Below are positions 20,950 to 32,879 of a stretch of 36,176 bases of DNA, piece after piece. Below the pieces are notes generated by a model that was given only the letters and a program-made list of their open reading frames with translations, had not been told where the DNA came from and ran no database searches. Position 1 is the stretch's first letter. Every line of letters begins with the position of its first letter. Source of the DNA: Craspedostauros australis (Eukaryota). Both the position numbers and the translations under genes were made by a program. The stretch lies in assembly GCA_030167865.1 (NCBI GenBank), contig JALAGF010005501.1, positions 1-36,176 of the forward strand, written 5' to 3'.

Positions 20950-22052
20950 GCAGCATTGAATCAAAGGCACAGGTGGACCGCAAGCATTGCATGTGAGTAT
21001 TCAGGACCTTATTCCACACCAAATGGATTGAATAAGAAGTAGATGTGCACAGGGCAGTGAACGAAGTGCTCCTGCAAGTTCATGTGCATTCATGAAGGAT
21101 GAAATGAACGATTGGATGAACGGACCACCTGACGAGGCAGCATATGAATGACGCAATGAAGTACCGAAGCAACAAATGAAACAACGAATAAGGTAACACA
21201 TGAAGTAAAAAATGAAGTGTAATGAAAGATGTAGTGAGGATCACAGAGAATGGATGACCATACTCTCATGCCTGCGGAAAGTAGGACGATAGCCGCGAGG
21301 AGAGAGAGAAAAGAGCAAATACGCCGGTTTGACTAGATGGACTACAGTATTCATTTGATTCGACTAATTGAGAAGAATGTATAATCGCCGCAACTCTGTT
21401 ATCTTGTTCTCCCACGATCACTTTGCCTCGTTTGAGAATCCCAAACTCCAAGAGCACAACAAGATCAAATGATGTTGGCGTGACATGATCGTCAGAGATG
21501 ATACAGCTCTGTGAGGAAACATGAGAAAGTGCGCAACTCACGAAACAAGATCAAAGAAAATGAAAGAACAGAAAGGGATGCGAGTGTGGGGAAGCAGAGG
21601 AGCATCCTCTCATGTGAAGTGGAATGTCTCTCTGTCAACTCTCTCTATCAACTCTCTACGAGCATCAACGCGCAAACTCGTAGATGTCGATCGTCCTCGT
21701 GGCTGACGTTGGCCATGCATTTCAAGACGTCGCAGAATGGATTCCACGATGAGTGGAGACACACAACTGAACTCAACTGAACTCAAGCCAACCAGGTACG
21801 GCAAGGCGCACAGCACCAACAGCATGCGCCCCACAACTCCAACCTGCGGGGTCCCTTGGCTTTGGCATCGTTTGAAGGTGGGACGGGAGGAAGGAGCATC
21901 ATCACCATCACCATCATCGCTCTCCTCACAAAATCAACAAGCCCCAATTCGAATTGGAAACGACAGCAGCAGCACCGCAGAAACAGCAACAGGAAGCACC
22001 AGCAAACTCCACCACTCAACCACTCAACGACAAATAATCCATCACTGCAATC

Positions 22053-25000
22053 ATGATGATCAACACCAAGACAATCGCAACCACTGCTACTCTCCTTGTC
22101 ATCTTCATGGCAATGACCAAAGCTCGCCTCAATGGACGCAAGATCACAGATGCAGCTGATGAAATGCACCTGGCATTGCGAGCCACCCGCAAGCTCAGGA
22201 CTGATCTCGACGTCGGCAACATCAAGACTGGGAAGAACAACAAGTTCAACCACGAGTCACCATCGGCTCAGCCGACTGACATAGAGTTGTCCGAACTAAC
22301 CTCATCGCCGACTGGACCACCAACCGCCAGCCCGACCACCACCAGCTCCACGCGTCCCCCGACCTCGTCTCCCACAGATGAGGCGGGCGCGTCACCAACA
22401 GGCCCACCGACCACCTCGCCAACCGAGATGCCCTCGATGCCACCGGCCACCCAAACAGTCTCTTCTCCCACCTCCCAGCCCACTCTCACGCCAACATCCA
22501 AGCCATCAGCTGCCCCAATCGCAATCACCTTCGACTCCACCATCGAAGTCTCTTGCCAACCAGATGGCGACACCGCCCTCACGCCAGAAGAAGCCAGTAC
22601 CAAGACCATCATCTGCAATCCCGCCAAGCCATCCTGCCGCGAGGCCGTCACCGCCGTCAAAGAGTCCGCAGATTTGCAGAACTTCTTCGGATGCGCAGGA
22701 GACCTCGGCGAAGGAGCGGCACGCAAGCTCTTCAACCAGTACGCATCCGATGACGTGCTCGCTGGTCAATTGGCGTTGATCGCTGCCACCAACCCGACCC
22801 TCATCACCGAGAGACCGGACGCAATGGAGGCGACCTGCATGGCCATCGGGATGGCCCAGTCGCCACCCGCGATCGATCCATGCTGCCAAGGATCTTCGGG
22901 ATGCACCTCTGCCACCGGTTCTACCTCCGACTCTCCTCCATTCATGACCATCGCAGTCACTGTATGTACTGGTGACAACGCTTGCAAGGACATGGGCCCC
23001 AATCCTCTCATTCTCGATTCCTCCTGCACTGGCATGAGTGCATGTGAGTTGATGAATGAGAACGAGATCAATCCCTTCATCACAGGAGTCACCTTCGTTG
23101 GCGAGATGGCGTGCACCAGCCCTCGATCTTGCGAGGGAGTGGAACGTCGATCCCATGGCAATGTGACCATCCAGACTGGCGCATGCATCGGATCCGAAGC
23201 ATGTAACTCAGCTGGACGCCGTTTGGAACAATCAGGCCCGTCCTTCCGCTTCCGCAGCCACATCCACATTGGCTCGAATGGTTGTGTTGGCAGCAACGCC
23301 TGCAAGGATGCCCATTCAAGCGTGAATCACGGTACTGGTGGCAAGCTTACAGGTAGCTTGAACATCGGCGATGGTGGTTGTGCTGATGAAGGCTCATGCG
23401 AGAAGCTTGGCTTGAATGACAGGATGAGGACAGACATCATCGTCCCTTCTGGTGGATGCGGCGTTGTTGAGAGCTGCAGAGGATGCATGACGAACACTGA
23501 ATGCGCTATTGATGAGGTGTACCTGATCAGTGACGTTGATGGTGCCTGTCCCAAGGGAGGAAGCGACACCAACTACAATCCAACAGGAGACAAGGTGGAT
23601 GAGTACTGTGTTGGCAAGGATACCTTGCCCACAGACTGTCCGACTTTTTCTCCCACTCCTTTTCCAACACCTCTCACGACCAGCCCGACAAGCAACCCCA
23701 CCAATTTGGCATCTGCTGTGCCAAGCGCCCAGCCAATCATCCTCCGAACCTCTTTGGAAGTTGGATGTCTCGCAGGTCCGGGAGATACGGGATCGACGTT
23801 CAATATCATTACCACTGGTAAGGTCTTCTGCGATGGTACAACGGGCACATGTGCAGAGTTTGTGGCTGCAATCGACAGTCTTGGTGACAACGGGAAGATG
23901 ATCAAGAGCATCTTTGGATGCAACGATGAAGCAACTCCCAACATCGTGACGTTGGGTGTGGCTCAGAAACGTTTCAACAAGATCAAGAACGATGCGGGTG
24001 TGACGAGTGCATTATTGGGCACCGTGGCGACCATGAAGCTCTACACTGGGAGTGGGCCTGCGGTGAGTGCAGCTTGCAATGGCTCATGCTGTGACAGTAG
24101 CAATGTGTGCACCACCTTGCCTACAACTGGCGTGATGACGGTGAGCGACGGGTTGTCAGGAATCGAGGGTACGACTCTGTCGGAAAGATACCCATGATTG
24201 CCGCAACTCCCAACATTATTTGTCACACCTTTGGATATTATTCGTCACACCATTGAATATTATTCATTCCACCCACGACACGAATCACACGGGAATGACC
24301 TCAGTCTTACCAAGCAAACAAGGCTGTCCTCTGTGAATCAAGAAAAGGCCACGATATCTAAATCATGTGAAGGAAGATGATGACCGACACATTGATGATC
24401 ACCCCATCTGGAGATCATGGCANNNNNNNNNNNNNNNNNNNNNNNNNNNNNNNNNNNNNNNNNNNNNNNNNNNNNNNNNNNNNNNNNNNNNNNNNNNNGG
24501 TGTCAGGAGATCAAGAGCGAAACGCAAGACTGTGGAATCGTACCGCAGGGAATGTAGAATAAGGATATGCACGACAAGGTGCATGAAAAGAATGCCTACG
24601 GATATGCACGACAATGTGCATGACAAAGGATGCCTGCGGATGCGATCTCATGTATGCAAGCAATGATCCATGATGATGAGATGCATGAATGCAACAGTAC
24701 AACACGATGCTGCTACAGGAGATGCTATGTGAAAAACGAAAGGCAAAGGAGCTGAAGAGAATGAGCTCACAGTTCTAAATAGTACGGTCTAACAACAAAT
24801 TAGGTCTTACTAACACTAACCCCGGATTTCCAACAACGGGTCTTGCAATGGCTCTCGTGCCTGCGGCGCGATGCGCCCCGACACAATCATACTTGAAAGC
24901 TGCAGTGGCAATCGACCTTGTGAGGCACTGGGGTGGTTTGACCCGATACAGCCGGCTGCTGATGTCGAAGTCGGATACAGGGTGATTGGACCACGAGCCT

Positions 25001-25476
25001 GCAACAATGCATTGCATGCTTGCATCGGGGTTGGAAAGAATACCTTTGGCAACATACGAGTGGAAGAAGGAGCATGCATTGGTGATAGCGCATGCAACAA
25101 TGTGGGTTCCCGCGCTACGCAGGGGGCTACCACGTCACCGATCGTGGCAAGTATCTTCGTTGGAAAGAATGCATGCCAAGGGTTTTTCGCTTGCAATGGG
25201 CTGCATACAGCGCCCGGGGTTAGTTCAAAAACTGCAGGAAATGTGATCGTTGAGGAGGGTGCATGTAACGGAGAAGAAGCGTGCAGATGGCTTGCCCAAA
25301 ATGACGCCTCAGTCAATGATATCCTTATCAAGAAGGATACCTGCACAGCAAGCAACGAATGTAAACGTTGTGCACAGGCAGACCTGTGTGGTGGTGATGT
25401 GACAAAGACGTACGTGATCGACGACCCTAGCGATGACTGTCCTGGGCCAAACCCAAACGCCTGTGAAGTCCTGTAA
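22053..25476 (+). CDS. Secreted Pro/Thr/Ser-rich and Cys-rich protein with two tandem modules, putative cell-wall/extracellular matrix protein; predicted exons 22053-24140 and 24826-25476 (~912 aa)
   Basis: Signal peptide (TATLLVIFMAMTKA), RKL and KTGK motifs, and SPTxxPT linkers. Repeated (I/V)xxx(A/S)CxGxx(A/S)C units occur in both ORFs 22053-24197 and 24871-25476. Phase-0 donor ACG|GTGAGC at 24141 and branch TACTAAC at 24808. The acceptor reads CGG rather than CAG, so the join is uncertain. Confidence 0.7.
24423..24498. other. Assembly gap (76 N) inside the predicted intron
   Basis: Run of N. Confidence 0.99.
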
Positions 25477-25589
25477 AGTCTCGTAAAAGTAGGATGAGTG
25501 ATAAGTTTAGAATTGACCGAAAATGATTCAGTCCGCCCTCTCTCTCTCTCCCGAGAATAGGTACAATTATCCACGCACTTTTTTCCAAA

Positions 25590-27056
25590 TCATTGAAACG
25601 CCCGAGCAATGGACTTGTACACGCCGGTTCCACCCAGAAGCACACCCAATACCATCAACGTCAACACCAACAATACTTCGCATCGCTGCCCTCGAGTCTT
25701 GTGCAAAGATTTCCACACAGCGCGACGATACATGATTGCAGGGATAACGCAGCACAGCAACGTGCAGAACAGACCACCGGCCACGGCATTGATGAAGCCC
25801 AGATCGGAGATGAGCATTGCGACGACCGTGATGGCGATGAGCAGGATGACGGAGATGGCATTCCCATCCCTCCATTCTTGCGGCGCGTCCAACAGATCCA
25901 AGCACCCATCGCGGACTCCGAAGAAGGCCAGCGGATACGTGATGACAGTGGAGAAAACCACACAGAGACGGCCGACCGTCGCCAATGGATCGTTGGGCGA
26001 GTAGTTGTTGAGAATGTAAGAGTCGGAATTAGAACCGAACGTCAAGTATCCGGCGGCAGCGATGGCGATGTAGAGGCATGTGCAGAGACCGAAGGCGTAC
26101 ACCGTCGACTGAGCGAATCGTGGGATGGTGGGATCCTTGAGCTCGACGAAGAAGCGCGGGCTATTGTAGTGCATGAGCAAGCCTTGGTACACCATGCAGG
26201 CGAATGGAAGGACCGCGGTGGAAAAAGCATGGTTTTCATGTCCGAATTCCGGACGATGGTCGATGGAGATGTCATTGTGGAACTGGCCGCCTTCGTTGTA
26301 CGACCCGTCCAAGCAACGCACCAGCATGGCTACCAGGACGATGCCCACGCTCGCAACGCCTGCCGCGGAGAATGGTGCAAGGTTGTGGAGGCTCTTCATG
26401 AGGCAGAGCGGAAGCACCGCGATGAGCGTGATGAGGAGGAGGCAGGTGATGCGATCCCAGTTAATGCCCACGCTCTGCAGCAGGGACTGCAGCGTTTGGC
26501 TCAGCACGGTGGCGTAGGCGACATCGCCGATGGCGGCGGGCAGCATCTGCACGAGCGAGACGATCCATGATCCCTTGCGTCCCACGGTGGCCTCCCAGCA
26601 TCCGCGGTAGCTGGTGGCCCCCGTCATCTGGCAGACCTTGGCGATGATGATGCTGAAGTATGCGAATGCGGCGCTGAGCAACACAATCCAGAGGCTTGCA
26701 GAAACCAGAGCGGATGGGTCATTCGAGTAGATTGCGATGCCACCGCTGAGCGATAGGACACCGCTGCCGATGAGGTTCTTTGCGATGTTGATGGTCTCCG
26801 AAAAGATGGTGGCCGTCCCGAGGGGCTGCGTGGAGGAGAGAGGGGTCGGGACGAGGGCGGAACTGGAGTTGAGGCTAGATGTGTCATCATCCGTCGCGCT
26901 TTCGTCAGCGCCGTTTGACTTTAGGTCGGTAGGCAGCAAGGATTCGGTATCTTGGCTGTGACCGCGGTGATGTTCCATCGCATCTGGAATGGAGGCATCT
27001 GGTGCTTGGTTGTGGTCCATGTCAGCTGAGATGGAACCGTACAGGAGAGGGGCCAT
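25590..27056 (-). CDS. Amino acid transporter, Aa_trans (AAAP/SLC38-like) family (488 aa)
   Basis: NIAKNLIGSGVLSL TM1 motif, LPLCLMKSL..LAPFS, GYLTFG...ILNNY and YPLAF. Roughly 11 hydrophobic segments. Intronless. Confidence 0.92.
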   Translation of the reverse strand: MAPLLYGSISADMDHNQAPDASIPDAMEHHRGHSQDTESLLPTDLKSNGADESATDDDTSSLNSSSALVPTPLSSTQPLGTATIFSETINIAKNLIGSGVLSLSGGIAIYSNDPSALVSASLWIVLLSAAFAYFSIIIAKVCQMTGATSYRGCWEATVGRKGSWIVSLVQMLPAAIGDVAYATVLSQTLQSLLQSVGINWDRITCLLLITLIAVLPLCLMKSLHNLAPFSAAGVASVGIVLVAMLVRCLDGSYNEGGQFHNDISIDHRPEFGHENHAFSTAVLPFACMVYQGLLMHYNSPRFFVELKDPTIPRFAQSTVYAFGLCTCLYIAIAAAGYLTFGSNSDSYILNNYSPNDPLATVGRLCVVFSTVITYPLAFFGVRDGCLDLLDAPQEWRDGNAISVILLIAITVVAMLISDLGFINAVAGGLFCTLLCCVIPAIMYRRAVWKSLHKTRGQRCEVLLVLTLMVLGVLLGGTGVYKSIARAFQ

Positions 27057-28342
27057 GATGTGCGGTTGGAGTCGGCTCTACGAATGCAGACCTGTTGATT
27101 GGGTCCGATGAGCTTCAAGAAGATGAAGTGGGACGGCTGGCTGGTTTATGAATAGATGGATGTGTTGTGTTGCGCTGAGATGTTGGGGAGAGTGGGGCAG
27201 TAGAGTGTTGCTAGCAGAGAAAGTGGGTGCAGCCCAGCGCAACGATGAAGTTAGAAATGCCGTGGCGGAGCCTTTGTTGTGGATAGTATCGTTGTCGTTG
27301 GTTCCATTTGCGGTGTCGGAAGAAGAATTGACCGCTTTCTGCTTGTGCAGTTGCGAGTTCTTGCCAGATGCGATACAATGTGATGTGCTGGCAGACGACT
27401 GTGGCAGCTGGGTGTGGTGGCGTTGCGCTTGTTGTTTGGTAGTGTACTCGCAGGTGTTGTGCTGTGAGTGATGCCATCACTCACTCACCCACTTACTCAT
27501 CTTGTCGTGTGCCACTGCCTTTGGATTGTATTCCATGTGTCGTGGGTGTTGATTGACTGCACTTGCAGGTGCTCTTCTCTTGTGTGTCATGTGCCACGCC
27601 ATGTGCCGCGCTGTGATGGCACTTGTTCCGCTTTGATGAGGCGAAGTGATGAGGGGCTCCGTTCTGTTTGTCGTCTCACCCGTTTGATGGTATCATAGTA
27701 TTCTTCCGCGTACCACAATCGTGCACACCTCTCGCCACCAAGTAAGTCCGTCAAGACGCCACATCAGCAGGATGCAGTTCATCGAAGAGCCTCCCAGCTG
27801 CCACGAGATGCAATTCTCTTCTGCGACGTTCATGGAAGGCAGACGTCAGCATGGTTGAGGTACTTCAACGGAAGCAATCGTGCTCGCCCTCCGCTTCGTC
27901 TTGGACGATTTCGGGTCTTCGGCTGAGTGAGTCATCCGGAAAGAAGCTGCTGTGTTGCCGCCATGCCTTGATGTGGTGGCTTCGGGTTGCGGCTGTGGCG
28001 CATGGCTCGTACATACGGGCAGAATGAGGATGATGGGTGGTCGTACTACCTATACAGTGTCTTCATGTGCAGGATGCCTGTCACGATCGCTATCAAGATC
28101 GCCGTCGCCATTTCTTCCCGAACCCTTCACTTTGGGAACGCGATGGGTAAAGTTTCTGCCCAATTTCTGCGCGGAGGTCCAAGCTCATCTTTTTGTGAGA
28201 GGAGACTGTGAAATGGAGAAACACAGAATTTATGAGGTGTTCCTGTGGTGAGAGGAAGACGAGCACAGTCGGACGTAGGCCAGACTGTGACACTTTTTGT
28301 GTCAATTGTGTCGAAATCACTCTTCGTTTGGTTGGAGAGGCG

Positions 28343-28352
28343 GTGACGTCAC
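28343..28352. promoter_or_regulatory. GTGACGTCAC palindrome (CRE/bZIP-like) ~260 bp upstream of the SDR gene
   Basis: Perfect 10-bp palindrome. Function is inferred only. Confidence 0.3.
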
Positions 28353-28613
28353 ACGACGCCAAGAAACGTATCTTTCGAGACGAACAATGCAACAACAACA
28401 AAGTTCGGCGAAAAATGACCTTCTGTGCATCATGGTATCTCATCTGCTCAACTGCCGATCGTCGGCAAAGAGAGTCGGAAAGAGGCGAAACACAAGCAGA
28501 GAGTCCGCACGCACGTAGATACTCGTGCCACATCAATACACAGAGTAAGGCCCCCGTATCGAAGGGACGAACGAATCAACTACTCTCTGGGATACACCGC
28601 CGCCACTACGACA

Positions 28614-29807
28614 ATGACGATCATGACAACAACTGCAAGGCAGATCGTGCTTCTGTGCCTTGCATGGTATCAGTCTGCGACCGCCTTCAGTCTGCGCTCC
28701 ACGTTCTCAACTACTCGATCATCAGCTCTAACGATGACAGCAACGACACCCAATCTCGCTGACCGAGTCGCCATCGTCACGGGCGCCACACGCGGCATCG
28801 GCAAGGGTATCGCGCTGGAACTGGGCGCCGCAGGTGCCACCGTCTACGTCGTGGGTCGCTCATCGCGCAAGACGGGCATCTCGACGGAACGCGATGTCGG
28901 CGCAACCGATTGCACCGTGGAGCGCACGTGCGAGCAGATCGACGCGCTGGGCGGCACAGGGGTTCCAGTCGTCATGGATATTCAGGATGAGGATGCCATC
29001 GAGGCGCTTGTGCGTCGCGTGGAAACGAAGGGGCGACTCGATGCTCTCATTTGCAGCGCGTACACGACGCCGCCGAATCTCAATACGTCCGAATTTCGTT
29101 CGGAGTTTTGGAAGCAGGGTGGGGACATGTGGGATGCCATTCACAATGTCGGGTTGCGCGGCATGTACATGATGGCCAAGGAGGCCATCCCGCTCATGAT
29201 TCAGACGGCTGCGGCTGACGGCGGTGGACAAACCGACGACATGGACGCGCAACCGCTGAAGAAGCGCCCGTTGATCGCTTTGATCTCCAGCTTCGGTGGC
29301 AAATCCTATACCTTCAATGTCGCCTACGGAGTCGGCAAGGCCGCAACGGATCGGTTAGCGCTTGACATGTCCTATCAGTTAGAAAAGTACGACGTTGACA
29401 CGGTGGCTCTCTACCCTGGCATCGTCCAGACAGAGGGCAACCTCGAGATGGAGAAGCGTGGTGAATGGGACGAGGCATCGGGCGGACTGGATCTCTCGAT
29501 GGGTGAGAGTCCGCAGTTCAGCGGTCGGGCCATTGTACAGCTGCTCAGCAATCCGGCTCTGATGCAAGAGCGCAGCGGCCAGGTCGTGGTCGTGTCGGAG
29601 CTCGCCAAGGAGCTTGGATTCACCGACATCGACGGCAGCATCCCACCATCCATCCGGAGTTTGAAGTTCATCCTGCCCAGCTTCGTCTTTCCTCAAATCG
29701 AAAAGGAGAGCGGCAAGCCAGTTCCAGAGTTCATCGCCAACAATATTCCGGATTTTCTGTTGCCATGGAGAGTGTTTTCCGGTGGACCGCCTCCCACAGC
29801 GGATTGA
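28614..29807 (+). CDS. Short-chain dehydrogenase/reductase, DHRS1-like, with bipartite plastid-targeting presequence
   Basis: TGATRGIG Rossmann motif, ISS..G, YGVGK catalytic YxxxK, YPGIVQTE and GESPQFSGR. Presequence IVLLCLAWYQSATA-FSLR followed by an S/T/R-rich transit peptide. Start inferred at ATG 28614 (or 28623). Confidence 0.92.
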   Translation: MTIMTTTARQIVLLCLAWYQSATAFSLRSTFSTTRSSALTMTATTPNLADRVAIVTGATRGIGKGIALELGAAGATVYVVGRSSRKTGISTERDVGATDCTVERTCEQIDALGGTGVPVVMDIQDEDAIEALVRRVETKGRLDALICSAYTTPPNLNTSEFRSEFWKQGGDMWDAIHNVGLRGMYMMAKEAIPLMIQTAAADGGGQTDDMDAQPLKKRPLIALISSFGGKSYTFNVAYGVGKAATDRLALDMSYQLEKYDVDTVALYPGIVQTEGNLEMEKRGEWDEASGGLDLSMGESPQFSGRAIVQLLSNPALMQERSGQVVVVSELAKELGFTDIDGSIPPSIRSLKFILPSFVFPQIEKESGKPVPEFIANNIPDFLLPWRVFSGGPPPTAD

Positions 29808-30192
29808 TCGAGGACGCGCGCAGAGGGCAATGTGGTCGTCCCTATTTGCGTGGTGGAAATATCCACGTAAGCCTGTGCCAGCGAGATGTGTGCAGCCAAT
29901 GCCCTCTGCGTATTATGTATGGCAGGCGTTCGTGACACCATTGTCATGATAACCATCCAATGTTGCCACACACATAATTGTAGGATCGGACCATCGAAAT
30001 GCCTCAGTCAAAAGGATACCCATGCGCTGGTTCGTTGCGTTTCATTCCGTGATACGTGTAGTGCTCGCGAATCGAACAGAGTACTCTAATCGTTGCTATT
30101 GTTCATTTCCAACACCAACAACAACAAAGCACGCATCTGAATGCAGTCGCCGGTCGTGTGAGCATTGGCGGGCGCCCGTCATCCCAAATACT

Positions 30193-31852
30193 TTATTTCG
30201 CCTCCGTCTGTTTGGCACGCTGCGCGACCAATTCTCCAAAGTCCTTCGCGTTGGCGTTGAATCCTATCTTGGTCTTGCCCAGTGAAGTCTTGGTTGTCTG
30301 GTCCCAACGATCCACGTCCAGATATGTGATATTGTAAAGCTTGATGAGATGCCGCAGCGTGACGAACCACAGATTGGTGGGTGATTTGGAACCAAGCAAT
30401 GTCTTGGGAACAAAGCTCACATCTTGATACCGGTCATTGTGCTTCAGCCATGGTTTGAAACCGCCAAAGAAGTGCTCGTAGTCTGAGCAGGGTGTCGTGT
30501 GCGCAGGTTTGGAAAAGTTGAAGCCAAGCTGTTTGATGCACGACAACTGGCCGAGCGGATCGGCATCGCCCAAGAAGGTCTGCTCTGCAATCTTTTCTTC
30601 GACCATCTTGCCGTTTCGATTCTTCACTCGCTTTGTTTTCACGGCATCCCAGACTCGGAACCGCGTACTCGCAGATTGCGTTAACGATCCTTTCACATAT
30701 CTGAGATAGTGGTACAGGATGCCCTGATCTGCCTCTCCAGCATAAAAGTGCCTGCGTATTGCGATCCATGACGAGTAGTTATGAGTGCACGCATATGCGA
30801 TGGGAGCATGAAGGAGTGTGCAAAGTGAGAGATGTTGCAAAGATGAACAAGCCTATCACTGCACATACGTTTCTTGATCAAGAAAAGAGACCCTCACAGA
30901 GCGCAAGCACGTACCAGTTGCGATTCCCACTCTTGTTCCAGCTGATCCATCCCTCCGCCCTGGATTTTATGCGGTGGCCCCATCCGTATGAGGGATCGAA
31001 CGTGGTTCCGTTGACCAAATCACGATGTCGGATGATGGCCTGCAGTGCCTCCCAGTCCCCCTCTTCTGGTCGCACCATGAACATGCCGGCATTCATCGGC
31101 GCTCCCGCACCAGCCTGGATGAAGTTGTCCATGAAGATGCGCTGTTCGTTCGGTGCGGTCGGCTTGGTCGATGCCTCGAAGAGATAATCGATCGAACAGA
31201 AGGGGTACGCGTCGCCGTCAAAGAATATGACGCGCTCGTACTCAGTGAGCTGAAAGATCCTCAGCTTCTCCATGATGACGCCGTTGAAGCTGTTGGCCGT
31301 CGACGCGGCGTCCAGCATGCGTATCTGAATGCCAAGATCCTTGGTGATGTGCAGTTCCAACGGCGTCAGCTCGCCATCTTCCATGCCTTTGGCGAACTGC
31401 AGCATCACGATGATATCGGCCGTGGATCCGGTCAAGCGCAGCAGGTAGGCAGCGATCCACATGTTGAGAAGATATCCCTTGTATCCATTCTGCGATGTGT
31501 CCACACCACCCAGCAGGAATAGGTACGCGAATCGCGATTTCTTCGTTTGCGCGTTGTTGCCCTCGCTTTGCGTTGTCGGATCCGTTGCTTCTGGTGCTGC
31601 AATGGATGATTCGTCTGTTCCTTTGAACCTTCGTTTCGAAAGGTCAGACGCGCTTGCCGATTCCAATTCCGAGACGGGGATGTCGTCCACCACGACGGTG
31701 GATTGCAGGATCTCCCTCATCATCTGGATGTTTCGATACACAACGAAGAAGCTGAAGATGACCACAGCCACCAACATCGGCATCACTGTTTTGGGACTCG
31801 CAGCCTTGGAGTTCTTTCGTTTCTTCGAGGATTTCTTTGGGGATTTCTTCAT
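30193..31852 (-). CDS. Glycosyltransferase family 8-like type II membrane protein; 2 exons (31852-30915, 30751-30193), ~498 aa
   Basis: Basic N-tail plus single TM, then KLRIFQLTEYERVIFFDGD (DxD), NAGMFMVRP, DQGILY and HFFGGFKPW. Phase-2 intron TG|GTACGT...CGCAG|G (30914-30752) restores NRNWHFYAG. Start inferred at ATG 31852. Confidence 0.88.
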
Positions 31853-32279
31853 CGTGTATTGTTTTATTTTAGTATTGTAGTCGTATGGCAGGGTATTCAC
31901 AGTGGATATGTCTTCTGTTTCCTTCCCATGGAGTTCGAATTGTGCAATGCGCAATGCCTAGATGTATCTGAGCAGCTATTACAGATTAACACATTATGTC
32001 CTTCGATGCCGCATTGTGGACCTGTGGAGGTCGCCATTGTGCCATTGTTCCAACAACAGAGGAGAGCTTGATGCACGACATCGTGTGCGTTGTGTTGTGC
32101 TCTGCTTTGGCGTGTTTCTCTCCACGGCGACAGTGTAGTTTAGTCGAACTAGTCGCGGATGACTGTCGCGGACCAATGCGGAGTCGTTATTCCTGCATTG
32201 ATTAGTGTAGACAATGGTTTTGAATGCTGCAATGACGTGAAGGGGGCACACCTGATAAGCCCAACCCCAAGAACCATTC

Positions 32280-32320
32280 TAGATAGATAGATTGAGAGAT
32301 AGATAGATAGAGAGAGATTG
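32280..32320. repeat. (TAGA)n/(GA)n compound microsatellite
   Basis: tagatagatagattgagagatagatagatagagagagattg. Confidence 0.85.
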
Positions 32321-32879
32321 AGAGCTGGCGTTCTCAACCACCCATACTCTCTGGAGAGGATAGAACTATTTCCCGAACCACGAAGGGCTGCTCTACTCTC
32401 ATCCGACGTAAGTACCTTGAGTTGTCCACTCTGCGTCATCTGCTATATGCCCACCATATGCGCCTTGCGTTGGAACAGTCGACACTTTTCATTGAGATAG
32501 AGCTTTCGCCTGAGGGTATGGTCCGAATAGATGTCCAAAGCCGCTGTGCATCGCCAAGGTTGTCTGTTCATTGATGTGCATCTACAAGCCGCCCGCGCTG
32601 GGTTGGCTTGGTGAATTGACCAACACGATCAGAAACACTTTTGGCGCCAAAACAGAAAGACATCACCAGCCGCGACTTCGGCGCAATCTTTGCGGTCACG
32701 CGCAAACAGGATGGGTTGGAGATACAAACAGTTGCCCTCCAAGTGCATTGATGACATCATTCTGCAGCAGACGTTGTGCAAGTATGCATAGGTCGTAATT
32801 CAATTCAAGACGAGCGAACTACATCAAACGTTTTGTATAGAATAGTACGAGCTGCAATACCAACAATCACCAATCCAGG

